Below the pieces are notes generated by a model, which searched no databases, had not been told where the DNA came from, and worked only from the letters and a program-made list of their open reading frames with translations. DNA of 64,000 nt. It comes from an uncultured Christensenellaceae bacterium (GTDB taxonomy: Bacteria; Bacillota; Clostridia; Christensenellales; UBA3700). The stretch lies in assembly GCA_963931165.1 (NCBI GenBank), contig OZ006985.1, positions 1,365,643-1,429,642 on the forward strand. The letters run 5' to 3'. A program made the position numbers and the translations under genes. Shown piece by piece: positions 19,755 to 29,724 of the stretch. The first letter of the stretch is position 1; each line of letters opens with the position of its first letter.

Positions 19755-20966
19755 ATGAAAAACGCACTTCGCATCACGCTGTGTCTCTCGCTCTGCTTCG
19801 CGTGCGTATTCACGGCGGCGGCATGTCAAAACAACAGCGTCGAACCCGCGCCCGTTCTCAATGGTTTCGACACGACTTTGCCCGATCTTTCGGGGCTTTC
19901 GACGCACAAATACTTTTTCGGCTATGACGAGGGCGTCGACGGCGACCGCGCCGCGGTCGAGGCTAAGCTCGCCGCGGACGGCATAGCCGCGACCAAGTAC
20001 GGGTGGTATCCCACTCTGATCGACAACTTCGACTACAACGCAGACTATGCGGACAACATGGGGCTGGATCCCGAGATCTGGACGTCGTCCGTTCACGGCG
20101 TGCGCTGGGCGTCGCAGGACGACAAACATCCCGAGTACGCGTGCTATTGGTGTCCGGAGATGGTCTCGGTCAGCGCGGACGGTCACGCGGTGATACGTTC
20201 CGAGTACATCGCCGGCCACGACTGCGAGGTCTGCAACGCCAACGCCGCCTATTTCGGCGGCAGCGGCGCGGGGAGATATACCGGCGGCTTTGAGACGCGC
20301 GTCGAGACGCCGCTCACCGACGATGACGGCAACGTGCTCTACAATGAGTCCAACGATCGTCCGCAGACGGACTACAAGCAGGACGAATATCTGTTCCGTC
20401 AGGCGTACGGCTACTACGAGACGAGGATACGTCTGCCGCGCAAGGAGGGGATGTGGTCGGCATTCTGGCTGCAATCGTCCTATCAGCGCATGGTGGACGG
20501 CAGCGGGGAGGACGGCACCGAGATCGACGTCTACGAATCGGCGTTTTTGACGGGCAACGACGACAGCCACCGCATGGGGCACGCGCTGCTTTGGGACGGC
20601 TACGCCGAGGGCGCGCAGGTGTCGTCGCTCGTGTTCGACCTCGGCGACAACGACCTCTACGACGGCGAGTTCCACACGTTCGCGCTGCTTTGGACGCCCG
20701 AGTATTATGTGTTCTACGTTGACGGCAAGCCCAATTGGGCGACCTCGGACGGCGGAGTCGCAAAGGTGCGCGAGTTCCTGCGCTTCACCTGTGAGATCGA
20801 CGCCGGCGACGAGTGGGGACCGCACGGACAGAAGATAGGCGCGTTCGACCATGACGGCGGAGTGGGGCTGATGGAGATAGATTACGTCCGCGTCTATCAA
20901 AATCTCAATTGGCTGGATGACATAGAGGACGACAGCGGAGAGGGAGAATATTCGCCTCAAAATTGA
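19755..20966 (+). CDS. GH16 family beta-glucanase lipoprotein
   Basis: Lipobox FTAAAC in the signal peptide; GH16 catalytic EIDVYE (GTEIDVYES); WSAFWLQS. Confidence 0.8.
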   Translation: MKNALRITLCLSLCFACVFTAAACQNNSVEPAPVLNGFDTTLPDLSGLSTHKYFFGYDEGVDGDRAAVEAKLAADGIAATKYGWYPTLIDNFDYNADYADNMGLDPEIWTSSVHGVRWASQDDKHPEYACYWCPEMVSVSADGHAVIRSEYIAGHDCEVCNANAAYFGGSGAGRYTGGFETRVETPLTDDDGNVLYNESNDRPQTDYKQDEYLFRQAYGYYETRIRLPRKEGMWSAFWLQSSYQRMVDGSGEDGTEIDVYESAFLTGNDDSHRMGHALLWDGYAEGAQVSSLVFDLGDNDLYDGEFHTFALLWTPEYYVFYVDGKPNWATSDGGVAKVREFLRFTCEIDAGDEWGPHGQKIGAFDHDGGVGLMEIDYVRVYQNLNWLDDIEDDSGEGEYSPQN

Positions 20967-20977
20967 GTTTTCGTTAC

Positions 20978-21006
20978 GCCGCGCCTTCGGGCGCGGCATT
21001 TTTTAT
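20978..21006 (+). terminator. terminator after the GH16 gene
   Basis: GCCGCGCC-TTCG-GGCGCGGC followed by ATTTTTTAT. Confidence 0.8.
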
Positions 21007-21054
21007 GTTCAAAACGGCAATAATCGCCTCGCGCGAAGAGCGCGGAGGTGAACG

Positions 21055-24000
21055 GTGGTCTATGCGATCTTGGCATTGCTTGTATTGATATTCGTGACGC
21101 TTGCGGCGTATGCGCTCGCGTCGCCGGGGCGGAAAAGGGGACGGAGTTTCGGAGAACTGACCCCTGCGGCTGTGGACGAACTCGCGCTTGAACTTCGGGC
21201 CACCGTCGCGGGCGGCGCAGCTCCGTCGCGGGCGACTTACGCGTTTGCGGCTGCGCGCGCCTACCGCCGCATAGTCGCAGCCGACAGAGCGGGGATCGCG
21301 CTCGAGGAGTGCGAAAAGGTGTTTGCGGAAAAATATCACACGCTCCGCGCGCGGCTCAACCGAGGTTTCGGTGCGCTCGCCGCGCTTCCGCATACAGACG
21401 GAGAGGCGAGGATATTTACGCTCGCAACGGCGATATTGTCGTCGGCGGAGCTGTGTTCCGATGCGGATAAATTGCAAAAGACGCTTTTGAGATTCGTCTC
21501 CCGCACTCCGCTCGATCATGCCGAAGTCGTCGCGCTGCCTCTCGCGATAGAGGCGGCAGGCATGCGGCTCTGGGCGGACGTCGCGCGCAGGCTCGTCGTA
21601 CTTTCAAAGTCGCGCGAGGCGGCTCAAAGCGACGTCGTGCCCGACAGGCGCAGGGCGAAAAAGGACGGCTATGTCTACTACTTCGTCAAGAGCGGCAAGC
21701 GCGTCGATCCGCGCTATGCCGAGGGCAGGGAGTTCGATCGCGGCGGCGCGTGCGTCGCGTTTGCCGCCGAGACCGCGGGCTATGCCGAAAAGACGGAGCG
21801 GATACTCGCGCTTTTGACGACCTCTCGCGAGGCGCTCGACGCAGAGTTTTCGGCGTCGATATGTCCCGGAGCGGCGGCAGCGGCTCGGGACGCGGCGTTT
21901 GCGGCTACGGACGTCGGCTCAAAGCTCGCCTATTTCGCCGCCGCGGCGACGATCGCAAGCCGTTTGGGGACTTCCGAACGCGCGGTGATCGAGGCGGCTG
22001 TCGCGCTCGGAGAGGACAGGGGCGTACATTTCGGGACCTATCTGTTCGAGAGGCACGACCTGCTCAGGGCGAAGCTGCTCGGCAAACGCCCCAAAAGGTC
22101 GCATGCGGGCAGAAACACTGTTTTGTTTGCCTCGGCGGTGTTCTGTTCGAGCGCCGCACTCGGCGCTCTCGCGGCGGTGTTTTCGGGAGGAGTCGCCGCT
22201 GCGGTCGCGGTCGCGATATGCTGTTTTTTCGCCTTTTTTCCCGTCTGCGATCGGGCGGCGCGCGTCGTTGCCGCCAGGCTGTGCATACGCCGTCCATGTC
22301 CTCGGCTGACCTGTCCGCGCGACGAGTCCTGCCGCACCGAATTGGTGATGCCCGTCTTTCTCAAAGGCGAAAAAGAGGCGAGGCAGGTCGCCGATCGATT
22401 GCTTTCGATCGCCGCGGTCAACGATCGCGAGTTTTGTTCCTATCTGCTGCTTTGCGACTTTGCGCCGTCCGACGCGGAGTGGGATGGCAGCGACGACGGC
22501 TTGCTCTCCGTCCTTGAAGAATATGAGAAAAGGGGGTTGAAGATCGCGGTGCGCCGACGCGTGAGGGAGAGGGGAAGATGGCGCGCCCGCGACCGCAAGA
22601 GAGGCGCGATCGCCGACTACAACGCCGCGAGAATGAGCGGCTGCGACGGCGCGTTCGTAAAGTTGTCTCCCTCGGACGGCAGGGTGAGGTATGTCATCGT
22701 CGTCGACGAGGACGACCTGCTCGCGCCGGGGGCTGTCGGAGAGGCGATGGACGCGCTCCGTCATCCGCTCGCGGCGAAGTACGACCTGCTCGCGTTCGGC
22801 GCTTATGCGGACGGCGGCAGGGCGCGCACCGCGTATGCGCTCGACAATTCGGGCGGAGGAGTCGCCTATGCCGGACACTCGGACATATTTTTCGATCTTG
22901 CGGGCACAGCGGTGTTTTGCGGCAAGGGGATATATCGCCTCGACAACTTTGCGCGAAAGACTGCGGCGTTGGAGGGCAAACGATTGCTCAGTCACGACAT
23001 CGCCGAGGGCGCGGTGATGAATACCGGCGCGGCGGACGTCGCCGTCTCCGAGATCCCTCCCGAATGCCCGAGTGCGGACGCGGCGAGAGCGGCGAGGTGG
23101 CGGAGAGGGGATCTGATGCTGCTGCCGCTGCTCGGCGGCACGGTCAAAGATCGCGCCTACGCCTACGTCATCCTGTCCAACGCGATCGCGGCGCTCGCGC
23201 CGATAGCGGCGTTTGCGCTGGTCGCGGCGTTTTTCGCGACGGGGAGCGCGGTGCTCGGGATAGCGGCTGCGCTTGCGGTGTTTGCGTCTCCAGCTGCTCG
23301 AATAGCCGAGAGCGCGCTGACGTCAAAGGGCAGGCGAGCGGCGGCGGTGCTGTGCGAGGCGGCGCGGACGGTCGTCGGCGCGATGATCGATCTCGCGCTG
23401 CTGCCCATGCGCGCGGCAAATTGCGCGTTGACCGCGCTGTCGACCGCGCTCTTCGCGCTCTTTGCTCCGCACAGGCTGTGCGAATGGAAGACGTTCGCTT
23501 CGTCGGAGAGTGAGAGCGCGGCGGCGTTTGCCCGCGTCGCGCTCCCCGGGGCGGTGCTTGCGGCGGTGTTCGCGGCGGTGTTTTGGCGCGGCTTCGCTTT
23601 TTCGATGTGGGCGGCGGCATATCTCGCGGCAGCGGCGGCGATGTTTTCGCGCGCGTTCGTCCCGACCGCGACCGTCCGCAAAGCGAACGAAAGAGACGAG
23701 CGCAGATTGAGGAAGTACGTCGCAAGGACATATGAGTATTTCAAGGCGCTCGACGGCTTTTTGCCCTGCGACAACATCCAGATCTATCCGCCGGTCGGAC
23801 ACAGCGCGACCGTGTCGCCGACAGATCTCGGCTTTTGGCTGATCGCCGACGTCTGCGCGGCAAAGTGCGGATTGATCGCCGAGGACGAGGCGTACGCAAA
23901 GGTTGTCTCAAAGCTGACGCGCGTCGTCGGTCTGCCCAAGCGGAGCGGGCATCTCTACAATTGGTATCGCCGTGACGGCAGCGTCGCTCCGCCCAAATAC

Positions 24001-27000
24001 GTCTCCTTCGTCGACAGCGGCAACTTTGTCGCCTGCGCGGAGACGGTGCGCGCATTTTGCGCGGCGATGGGCGGCGAAGAGGGCGAACGGCTTGCCGCCG
24101 AGCTCGTCGAAGGGGCGGATTTTGAGGTGTTTGCCGACAAGAAGAGGGGACTTTTCGTGCGCGGTATCGACGCGCGAACGGGCGCCGCGGACGGGCATTA
24201 CGACCTGCTCGCGTCCGAGGCGCGGCTCGCGGTCGCGATAGCGTGCGCGCGGACATGTTCGTCTCGCGAGTGGACGTCGCTTGACGCAAGTCGGCTCGGC
24301 GCGCTGATGCCGGCGCTCGCGTCGTGGTCGGGGACGGCGTTCGAGTACCTGATGCCCGAGCTGTTCGTCACTGCGCCGACGGGGAGCGAACTTTGCCGTT
24401 CGGCGCGCCGTGCGCTGTTCAAGATGAGGCGGGTGCGCTGCCACGGCTTTTGGGGGATCAGCGAGAGCGGCTACTTCGCGTTCGACAAGCAGGGCAACTA
24501 TCAATACCGCGCGCACGGAATAGATGCGCTTGCGCTGTCGGGAGAGGGCAAACACAAAGTGATCGCGCCCTACGCCTCCGCGCTCGCCGCGACGATCTCG
24601 CCGCACGCCGCCGCAGCCGAACTGTCGCGGCTCGAAGACGCCGGCTATCTGGGGCGGCTCGGCTTTTACGAGGCGATAGACTTCTCTTGCGGCGAAAACG
24701 TCGTCTATTCTCACATGACCCACCACCAGGGGATGATCTTGGCGGCGCTGACCGAGGCGCTCGCGCCGGGGGCGATCAAATCGCTGTTCGCCGCATCGCC
24801 TCGCTTTGCGGCGATCGCAATGTTGATGTCCGCGCCCAAGAGCGACTGCAAAGCGGTCGCACGGATGAGGCAGCGCTTTGTCTCCTGCCGCGGGGCGGCG
24901 GACTACCGGCTCGAGCGCACGCCGTCCGAAATGCCGTCCGCGTGGGCGGCGAGCGGCGGGGAATACCGCGTAATGCTCGACGAGCGCGGCTGCGGCTTCG
25001 CGCAATTTTGCGAAGCGAGGATAGATGTCTTTCACGGCTGTCCCGAGAGCGACGAGGGTGCGTTCGGCGTCTTTATCGACGGCGAAGACGTCGTCTCGCC
25101 GACATATGCGCCGCTGCGCAAAGACCGCGGCGCAAAAGCCGTTTTCACGCCTTACGGCGCACATTACGAGTCGGGTGCGTGCACTCTCGACGTGACCGTC
25201 CCGACGGGGATAGGCGGCGAGGTGCGGAGCTATCGCGTCCGCAACGACGGCGCAAGTGCGAGGGAGTATCTGTTCGTGTTTTGCCGCCGGGTCGCGCTGA
25301 TCGCGGACGGAGACTACCTCGCACATCCGGCGTTCAACGACATGTTCGTCGAGACCGAATACTCGGACGGCGAGAGGGTGCTGACCGCGCGCCGAGTGCC
25401 GCGCGAGGGAACGGGCGGAATGTATGCCGCGCTCAAAATAGAGGGCGGCGCGGACGTCGTGCCCGACTGCGATTTCAGACATTTTCGCGATCTGTCCGAG
25501 GGTAAATACGCAAGGTGCACCGGCTTAGGGCGTACGCTTGCGCCGTGCATGGGGTTTTCGTGCAAGGTGACCGTCCCTCCCGGCGAAGAGGCGGAGGTCA
25601 AATTGACGTTGCTGTGCGCGCACGACAGGCAGTCTTTGGACTCCAAGCTGAGTGCGCTCGGCGAGGGTGCGAAACTGTCCGAGACGCGCGATCGAGGCGC
25701 GTTGTCCAAATACGTCGAAGGGGAGCGCGGCGCGGAGATCTTTTCCGACCTTGCGGCGAGGTTGGTATTTTTGCCCATGCCGTCCAAGGCGGTGAGGGCG
25801 CGTATGTCCGCGCGCGGACGCTCCGCCGAGATCGAGGAAGGCAAGCGCACCGTCATCGTCAAATACGGCGGCACACCCGACTTTGCCGCATACGTCAAGG
25901 CATGCACCGCCTGCGCGCTGGCGGGAGCGGACTTTTTGATGTGCGTGCTGTACAGAGAAGAGGACACATACGCCGCGCCGATACGGCGTGCTCTGATCGA
26001 AGAGAGCGGCATCTCCGACCTTGAAAGGCTGTCGTTCGTCAGGCTGATAGATGTGTCTGCGGACGGCGAGACGGAGCGCGGGCTGATCGCGGGCGCGTGC
26101 GTTGTAGCCGGCGAAGTGTACGCCGAGACGTTCTTGTCGGGCATGACGGCTGTCAAGTTGCCTACGCTCGGGCGGCGCGAACGCGCACCGCTCACGCCAT
26201 GCGGCGCGGGAGGCTTCGATCCGTCGGGCGATTACGTCGTCGAGCGCCGCCCCAAAAAGCCGTATTCAAATGTGATAGATCTGCCGCGCGGCGGAGCGGT
26301 CGTCACCGAGACGGGCGGCGGCTTTCGCTGGTCGGGAAGCGCCTATTTCGGCAAGCTGAACGCATGGTTCAACGACGCCGCGCTCGATCCGCCGTGCGAA
26401 GAGCTGTTTGCGCTCTCGGGCGGCGGTGCGGTGAGGATAAACAGGCTTTGTGAGGGCGGATATGTCAAGCATTCGCCCGGTGCGACGGTGTTTTGCTCGC
26501 GCGTGGACGACGTCGATTGGGATGTCAAGACATGCGTGTTCGCCGATGGCAAAATGACCGCGACATTGGTGCGCGCGGTCTCGGCGGATGAGCGCTCCAA
26601 GAACGCGTATTGGCGGATGTTGCCTTCGCTCGCTCCGCATGACGGAAGGGCGTTTTGCGCATGCGCGGCGAGGGACGGCGTCATAGAGGCGTTCAATTGC
26701 GCGACGGGCGAGAAGATGTATTTCGCGTGCGTCGGCGCAAAGTTCAAGTGCTCGACCGACGCCGGGGCGTCGCGGCTGTCGCATGGGCTGAGTCTCGGCG
26801 CAAAGACGCCCTATCCCGCCGCGGCGTTCGAGATAGAGACCGAAAGAGAGCGCGAGAGCGTGTTTGCGGTCGTAATGAGCGCGGACGAAGAGGCGTTGAG
26901 GGCGCTGACGCTCGGCGACGTGTCGAGCGGCTGTCGTGGGACGGAGGAGTTTTTCCGCTCGCTCAACGCAGTGACGGTCGACAGCGGAGAGCGGCTTTTC

Positions 27001-28416
27001 GACGACTTTTTCAACCGCTGGCTGTGCACGCAGTTGTATTCGTCGCGGCTGTTCGGCAGATGCGGCTACTATCAGGCGGGCGGCGCGATAGGCGCGCGCG
27101 ACATCTTGCAGGACGCGCTCGCGATAATTCCGACCGATCCCGAGAGGGCGAAGAGCGTCTTTCTCGACGTGTGTGCGCATCAATATCTCGAAGGGGACGT
27201 GATGCATTGGTGGCATCCTCCGCGAACAGGGGTGAGGACGAGGATATCGGACGACAAGCTGTTTTTGCCGCTGTTCGCCGCGCGGTGGGTGGCGGTGACG
27301 GGAGACGCGTCGCTACTCGAAGAGCGCGTTCCCTATTTGAGTTCGCCTCCGCTCGTAGGGATCGCCGAGGCGAGGTACGAAACGCCCAAGCCGAGCAAAG
27401 AGGGTACGGTGCAAGAGCATTGCGAAAGGGCGATCGAAAACGCGCTTGCGCGGAAGGGGGAGCACGGATTGCTTAAAATAGGGTGCGGAGACTGGAACGA
27501 CGCGCTCAACGCGATCGGCACGCGCGATAGGGGCGAAAGCGTATGGCTGACGATGTTCGCGGTGCGCGTATTGCGCGATTTTGCGGCGGCGGTGGGCTAC
27601 GAAAAGGGGCAGCGCCATCTCAAAGAGGCGGAATCGCTCGCTGCGGCGGCGGCAAAGACTTTCGACGGCGAAAAGTTCGCGAGGGCATTCACCGACGACG
27701 GCGTATGGCTGGGGACGGGCGAGGGCAATTGCGCTCTCGATCTCATCTGTCAGGCATGGGCGCAGCTTGCAAAGATAGGCGACGAAGATATGCGCCGCCG
27801 CGCGCTTGACAGCGCCGCAAAGCTGTACGATAAAGAGTTCGGGCTCGTCAAGCTGTTCGATCCGCCCTTCGAGCCGAGTGACCGCGTCGGCTATATCGGC
27901 GCCTATCCCAAAGGCGTGCGTGAAAACGGCGGACAATACACGCACGCGGCTGTCTGGTATTTGATCGCGCTGTTCGACTCCGGCAGATATGACGAAGCAA
28001 AGCGGCTGATGTTCGACATCTGTCCGTCGACGGCGGCGGCAAGATACGGGGATATACGCGGGGGCGAGCCTTACGTCGTCGCCGCGGACGTCTATTCCGC
28101 CGAGGGCAGGCGCGGCGAGAGCGGCTGGACGTGGTACACCGGCAGCGCGGGCTGGCTGTACACCGCGATCGTCGAGAAAGCGCTCGGCATCACGATGTCG
28201 CGGGGGCTGGTGCGCATAGGTAAACCGCGCGGTTTTGATGCGCAAAGACTCAAAGTGACGTTGAAGATCGGCGGTACGACCTACAAGATCTCATATCAAA
28301 GAGGGGACGGCGACTATATCCGCTCGGGAGAGTTGAACTATCTCAACTGCACCGAGTTTCGTCCGGACGGGAAAAGGGACGAGGTAGAACTTGTCAGGGT
28401 ATACCGCGGCGACTGA
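21055..28416 (+). CDS. cyclic beta-1,2-glucan synthase-like protein (TM + GT84-like + GH94-like), 2453 aa
   Basis: GTG start after GGAGGTG. Multi-TM N-terminus. LLSHDIAEG and RWRRGD (GT84-like). SPTDLGFW, YNWY, VDSGN, AFEYLMPELF, GISESGYFAFD. C-terminal HWWHP, GDWNDALN, GGQYTHAAVW and WYTGSAGW are typical of GH94 phosphorylase domains. Confidence 0.8.
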   Translation: MVYAILALLVLIFVTLAAYALASPGRKRGRSFGELTPAAVDELALELRATVAGGAAPSRATYAFAAARAYRRIVAADRAGIALEECEKVFAEKYHTLRARLNRGFGALAALPHTDGEARIFTLATAILSSAELCSDADKLQKTLLRFVSRTPLDHAEVVALPLAIEAAGMRLWADVARRLVVLSKSREAAQSDVVPDRRRAKKDGYVYYFVKSGKRVDPRYAEGREFDRGGACVAFAAETAGYAEKTERILALLTTSREALDAEFSASICPGAAAAARDAAFAATDVGSKLAYFAAAATIASRLGTSERAVIEAAVALGEDRGVHFGTYLFERHDLLRAKLLGKRPKRSHAGRNTVLFASAVFCSSAALGALAAVFSGGVAAAVAVAICCFFAFFPVCDRAARVVAARLCIRRPCPRLTCPRDESCRTELVMPVFLKGEKEARQVADRLLSIAAVNDREFCSYLLLCDFAPSDAEWDGSDDGLLSVLEEYEKRGLKIAVRRRVRERGRWRARDRKRGAIADYNAARMSGCDGAFVKLSPSDGRVRYVIVVDEDDLLAPGAVGEAMDALRHPLAAKYDLLAFGAYADGGRARTAYALDNSGGGVAYAGHSDIFFDLAGTAVFCGKGIYRLDNFARKTAALEGKRLLSHDIAEGAVMNTGAADVAVSEIPPECPSADAARAARWRRGDLMLLPLLGGTVKDRAYAYVILSNAIAALAPIAAFALVAAFFATGSAVLGIAAALAVFASPAARIAESALTSKGRRAAAVLCEAARTVVGAMIDLALLPMRAANCALTALSTALFALFAPHRLCEWKTFASSESESAAAFARVALPGAVLAAVFAAVFWRGFAFSMWAAAYLAAAAAMFSRAFVPTATVRKANERDERRLRKYVARTYEYFKALDGFLPCDNIQIYPPVGHSATVSPTDLGFWLIADVCAAKCGLIAEDEAYAKVVSKLTRVVGLPKRSGHLYNWYRRDGSVAPPKYVSFVDSGNFVACAETVRAFCAAMGGEEGERLAAELVEGADFEVFADKKRGLFVRGIDARTGAADGHYDLLASEARLAVAIACARTCSSREWTSLDASRLGALMPALASWSGTAFEYLMPELFVTAPTGSELCRSARRALFKMRRVRCHGFWGISESGYFAFDKQGNYQYRAHGIDALALSGEGKHKVIAPYASALAATISPHAAAAELSRLEDAGYLGRLGFYEAIDFSCGENVVYSHMTHHQGMILAALTEALAPGAIKSLFAASPRFAAIAMLMSAPKSDCKAVARMRQRFVSCRGAADYRLERTPSEMPSAWAASGGEYRVMLDERGCGFAQFCEARIDVFHGCPESDEGAFGVFIDGEDVVSPTYAPLRKDRGAKAVFTPYGAHYESGACTLDVTVPTGIGGEVRSYRVRNDGASAREYLFVFCRRVALIADGDYLAHPAFNDMFVETEYSDGERVLTARRVPREGTGGMYAALKIEGGADVVPDCDFRHFRDLSEGKYARCTGLGRTLAPCMGFSCKVTVPPGEEAEVKLTLLCAHDRQSLDSKLSALGEGAKLSETRDRGALSKYVEGERGAEIFSDLAARLVFLPMPSKAVRARMSARGRSAEIEEGKRTVIVKYGGTPDFAAYVKACTACALAGADFLMCVLYREEDTYAAPIRRALIEESGISDLERLSFVRLIDVSADGETERGLIAGACVVAGEVYAETFLSGMTAVKLPTLGRRERAPLTPCGAGGFDPSGDYVVERRPKKPYSNVIDLPRGGAVVTETGGGFRWSGSAYFGKLNAWFNDAALDPPCEELFALSGGGAVRINRLCEGGYVKHSPGATVFCSRVDDVDWDVKTCVFADGKMTATLVRAVSADERSKNAYWRMLPSLAPHDGRAFCACAARDGVIEAFNCATGEKMYFACVGAKFKCSTDAGASRLSHGLSLGAKTPYPAAAFEIETERERESVFAVVMSADEEALRALTLGDVSSGCRGTEEFFRSLNAVTVDSGERLFDDFFNRWLCTQLYSSRLFGRCGYYQAGGAIGARDILQDALAIIPTDPERAKSVFLDVCAHQYLEGDVMHWWHPPRTGVRTRISDDKLFLPLFAARWVAVTGDASLLEERVPYLSSPPLVGIAEARYETPKPSKEGTVQEHCERAIENALARKGEHGLLKIGCGDWNDALNAIGTRDRGESVWLTMFAVRVLRDFAAAVGYEKGQRHLKEAESLAAAAAKTFDGEKFARAFTDDGVWLGTGEGNCALDLICQAWAQLAKIGDEDMRRRALDSAAKLYDKEFGLVKLFDPPFEPSDRVGYIGAYPKGVRENGGQYTHAAVWYLIALFDSGRYDEAKRLMFDICPSTAAARYGDIRGGEPYVVAADVYSAEGRRGESGWTWYTGSAGWLYTAIVEKALGITMSRGLVRIGKPRGFDAQRLKVTLKIGGTTYKISYQRGDGDYIRSGELNYLNCTEFRPDGKRDEVELVRVYRGD

Positions 28417-28572
28417 GGGCGGCACAAAAGACATCCCGAGCCGCAAAGCAAAAATCGAGCAAAGACAGGCAGAGGTTGCCGCGTGCAAGTGCGCAAAGAA
28501 CGTTGTAAATCGTTTGTCATGACTGTCAAAAGGCAGACGCGCAAAAGACAGAGGAACGATTTGAAGAGGGCG

Positions 28573-28607
28573 GACAAAAGCGGAGACGCGGCATAGCGCG
28601 CCTCCGC
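28573..28607 (-). terminator. terminator of minus-strand gene 28614-29285
   Basis: Minus strand GCGGAGGCGCG-CTAT-GCCGCGTCTCCGC (one mismatch) followed by TTTTG. Confidence 0.6.
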
Positions 28608-28613
28608 ACAAAT

Positions 28614-29285
28614 TCAGCCGCGCGGCTGATTGGGGCAACGCGGCTCAACGCCCATCTCCTGCGGATAGAGCGGCAGATCGGTCACTCCGCCGCACACCTG
28701 TTCGGTGAACTCGCGGCAGGGCGGGATATAGCAATAGCCATAGCTGGGGACGAGCAGTTCGACCGGCATCGTCACTTTGAGGATGGTCGTCACGCACGCG
28801 GTGACGACGAAGGTGTTGCCCGAGGTATAGACGCCTTTGGGCGAGACCATGCCGGCGGTGCAGCGGACGGAATAGGGGATCACGGACGGCGCTGAGACAT
28901 GCATGATGACGTCGCGCGACAGATTGATGACCGCATTGCCCGTGCCGGTCACGCCGTAGGCGTCGGTGAAGACGACTTGGACGGGCACGCCGATCGTGCA
29001 GGTGATGCGCGCATAGCAAGGCGCGTCGGGCAGTTCGGTGACGACGAGGTCGGACACGATCGCCTCGGTCGAAGAGGAGCGCGCGCTGACGAATCTGTAC
29101 GGTTCGGTCAGCCCCGGGGTGACGTCCGTCAACGTCAGCGAAAGGTCGGTGAGGCTGTCTTGGCGCATGCATGCGTCAAAGACCTTTTCCGCCTGGATGC
29201 AAACCTTTTCGCAAAGACCGGCGGTCGCGTTGCCCCTGATCGGACCGGGGATCTTATCCGATTTGCAGTTGTTAGAAAATGACAT
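28614..29285 (-). CDS. hypothetical Cys-framed beta-rich protein
   Basis: Start moved to ATG 29285 (AAGGAGG RBS). N-terminal CKS..GLCEKVCIQAEKVFDAC and C-terminal YGYCYIPPCREFTEQVC flank a T/V-rich core. No family recognised. Confidence 0.55.
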   Translation of the reverse strand: MSFSNNCKSDKIPGPIRGNATAGLCEKVCIQAEKVFDACMRQDSLTDLSLTLTDVTPGLTEPYRFVSARSSSTEAIVSDLVVTELPDAPCYARITCTIGVPVQVVFTDAYGVTGTGNAVINLSRDVIMHVSAPSVIPYSVRCTAGMVSPKGVYTSGNTFVVTACVTTILKVTMPVELLVPSYGYCYIPPCREFTEQVCGGVTDLPLYPQEMGVEPRCPNQPRG

Positions 29286-29689
29286 ATATGTATTCCTCCT
29301 TAACGCCGAAAGTTGCATTTTTTGCACTCTTACGGCAGCTATACATTGATATGCGGACGGCTTGATTTTTGCGACAACGCCCTCAAATTGCTCTCAAATA
29401 GCCAAAATATCATAATAATAAACGGCAAAACAGTACAAAAATTATTCTATATGTTCGATAAAGGTCAAATGTGTACAAATTTTAAAATATTGCAAAAAAA
29501 TAACATAGCGAGATATATCCGATTTGCATCGAATGGCTCTCCCGTATTCATGGTATGCAGCTGTACTAAACGGTGTGAGCGCTGCTTGGGCAAACTCGCG
29601 CAAGAGAGAGGGATAGGGATCGATCGCGACTGTCCGAGCGATTGCCTGCGGCTGCCAAAATACGGCTTGACGCCACTGCGTGTGAGAGG

Positions 29690-29718
29690 TTGCAAACTTT
29701 TCTCGGATGAGTTATAAT
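29690..29718 (+). promoter_or_regulatory. sigma-A promoter giving a leaderless transcript of the metallophosphoesterase gene
   Basis: -35 TTGCAA (29690-29695), 17 nt, -10 TATAAT (29713-29718), 6 nt, ATG 29725. No SD. Confidence 0.6.
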
Positions 29719-29724
29719 TGTGCC

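Noticed and set aside
29313-29717. The 134-aa ORF in the spacer upstream of the phosphoesterase gene, and ORFs 30596-30931 and 30662-30871 in the following gap.
   Set aside because: No RBS, erratic composition (an AT-rich part then a GC-rich part), Cys/Arg-rich nonsense-like translation, and overlap with mapped promoter elements.
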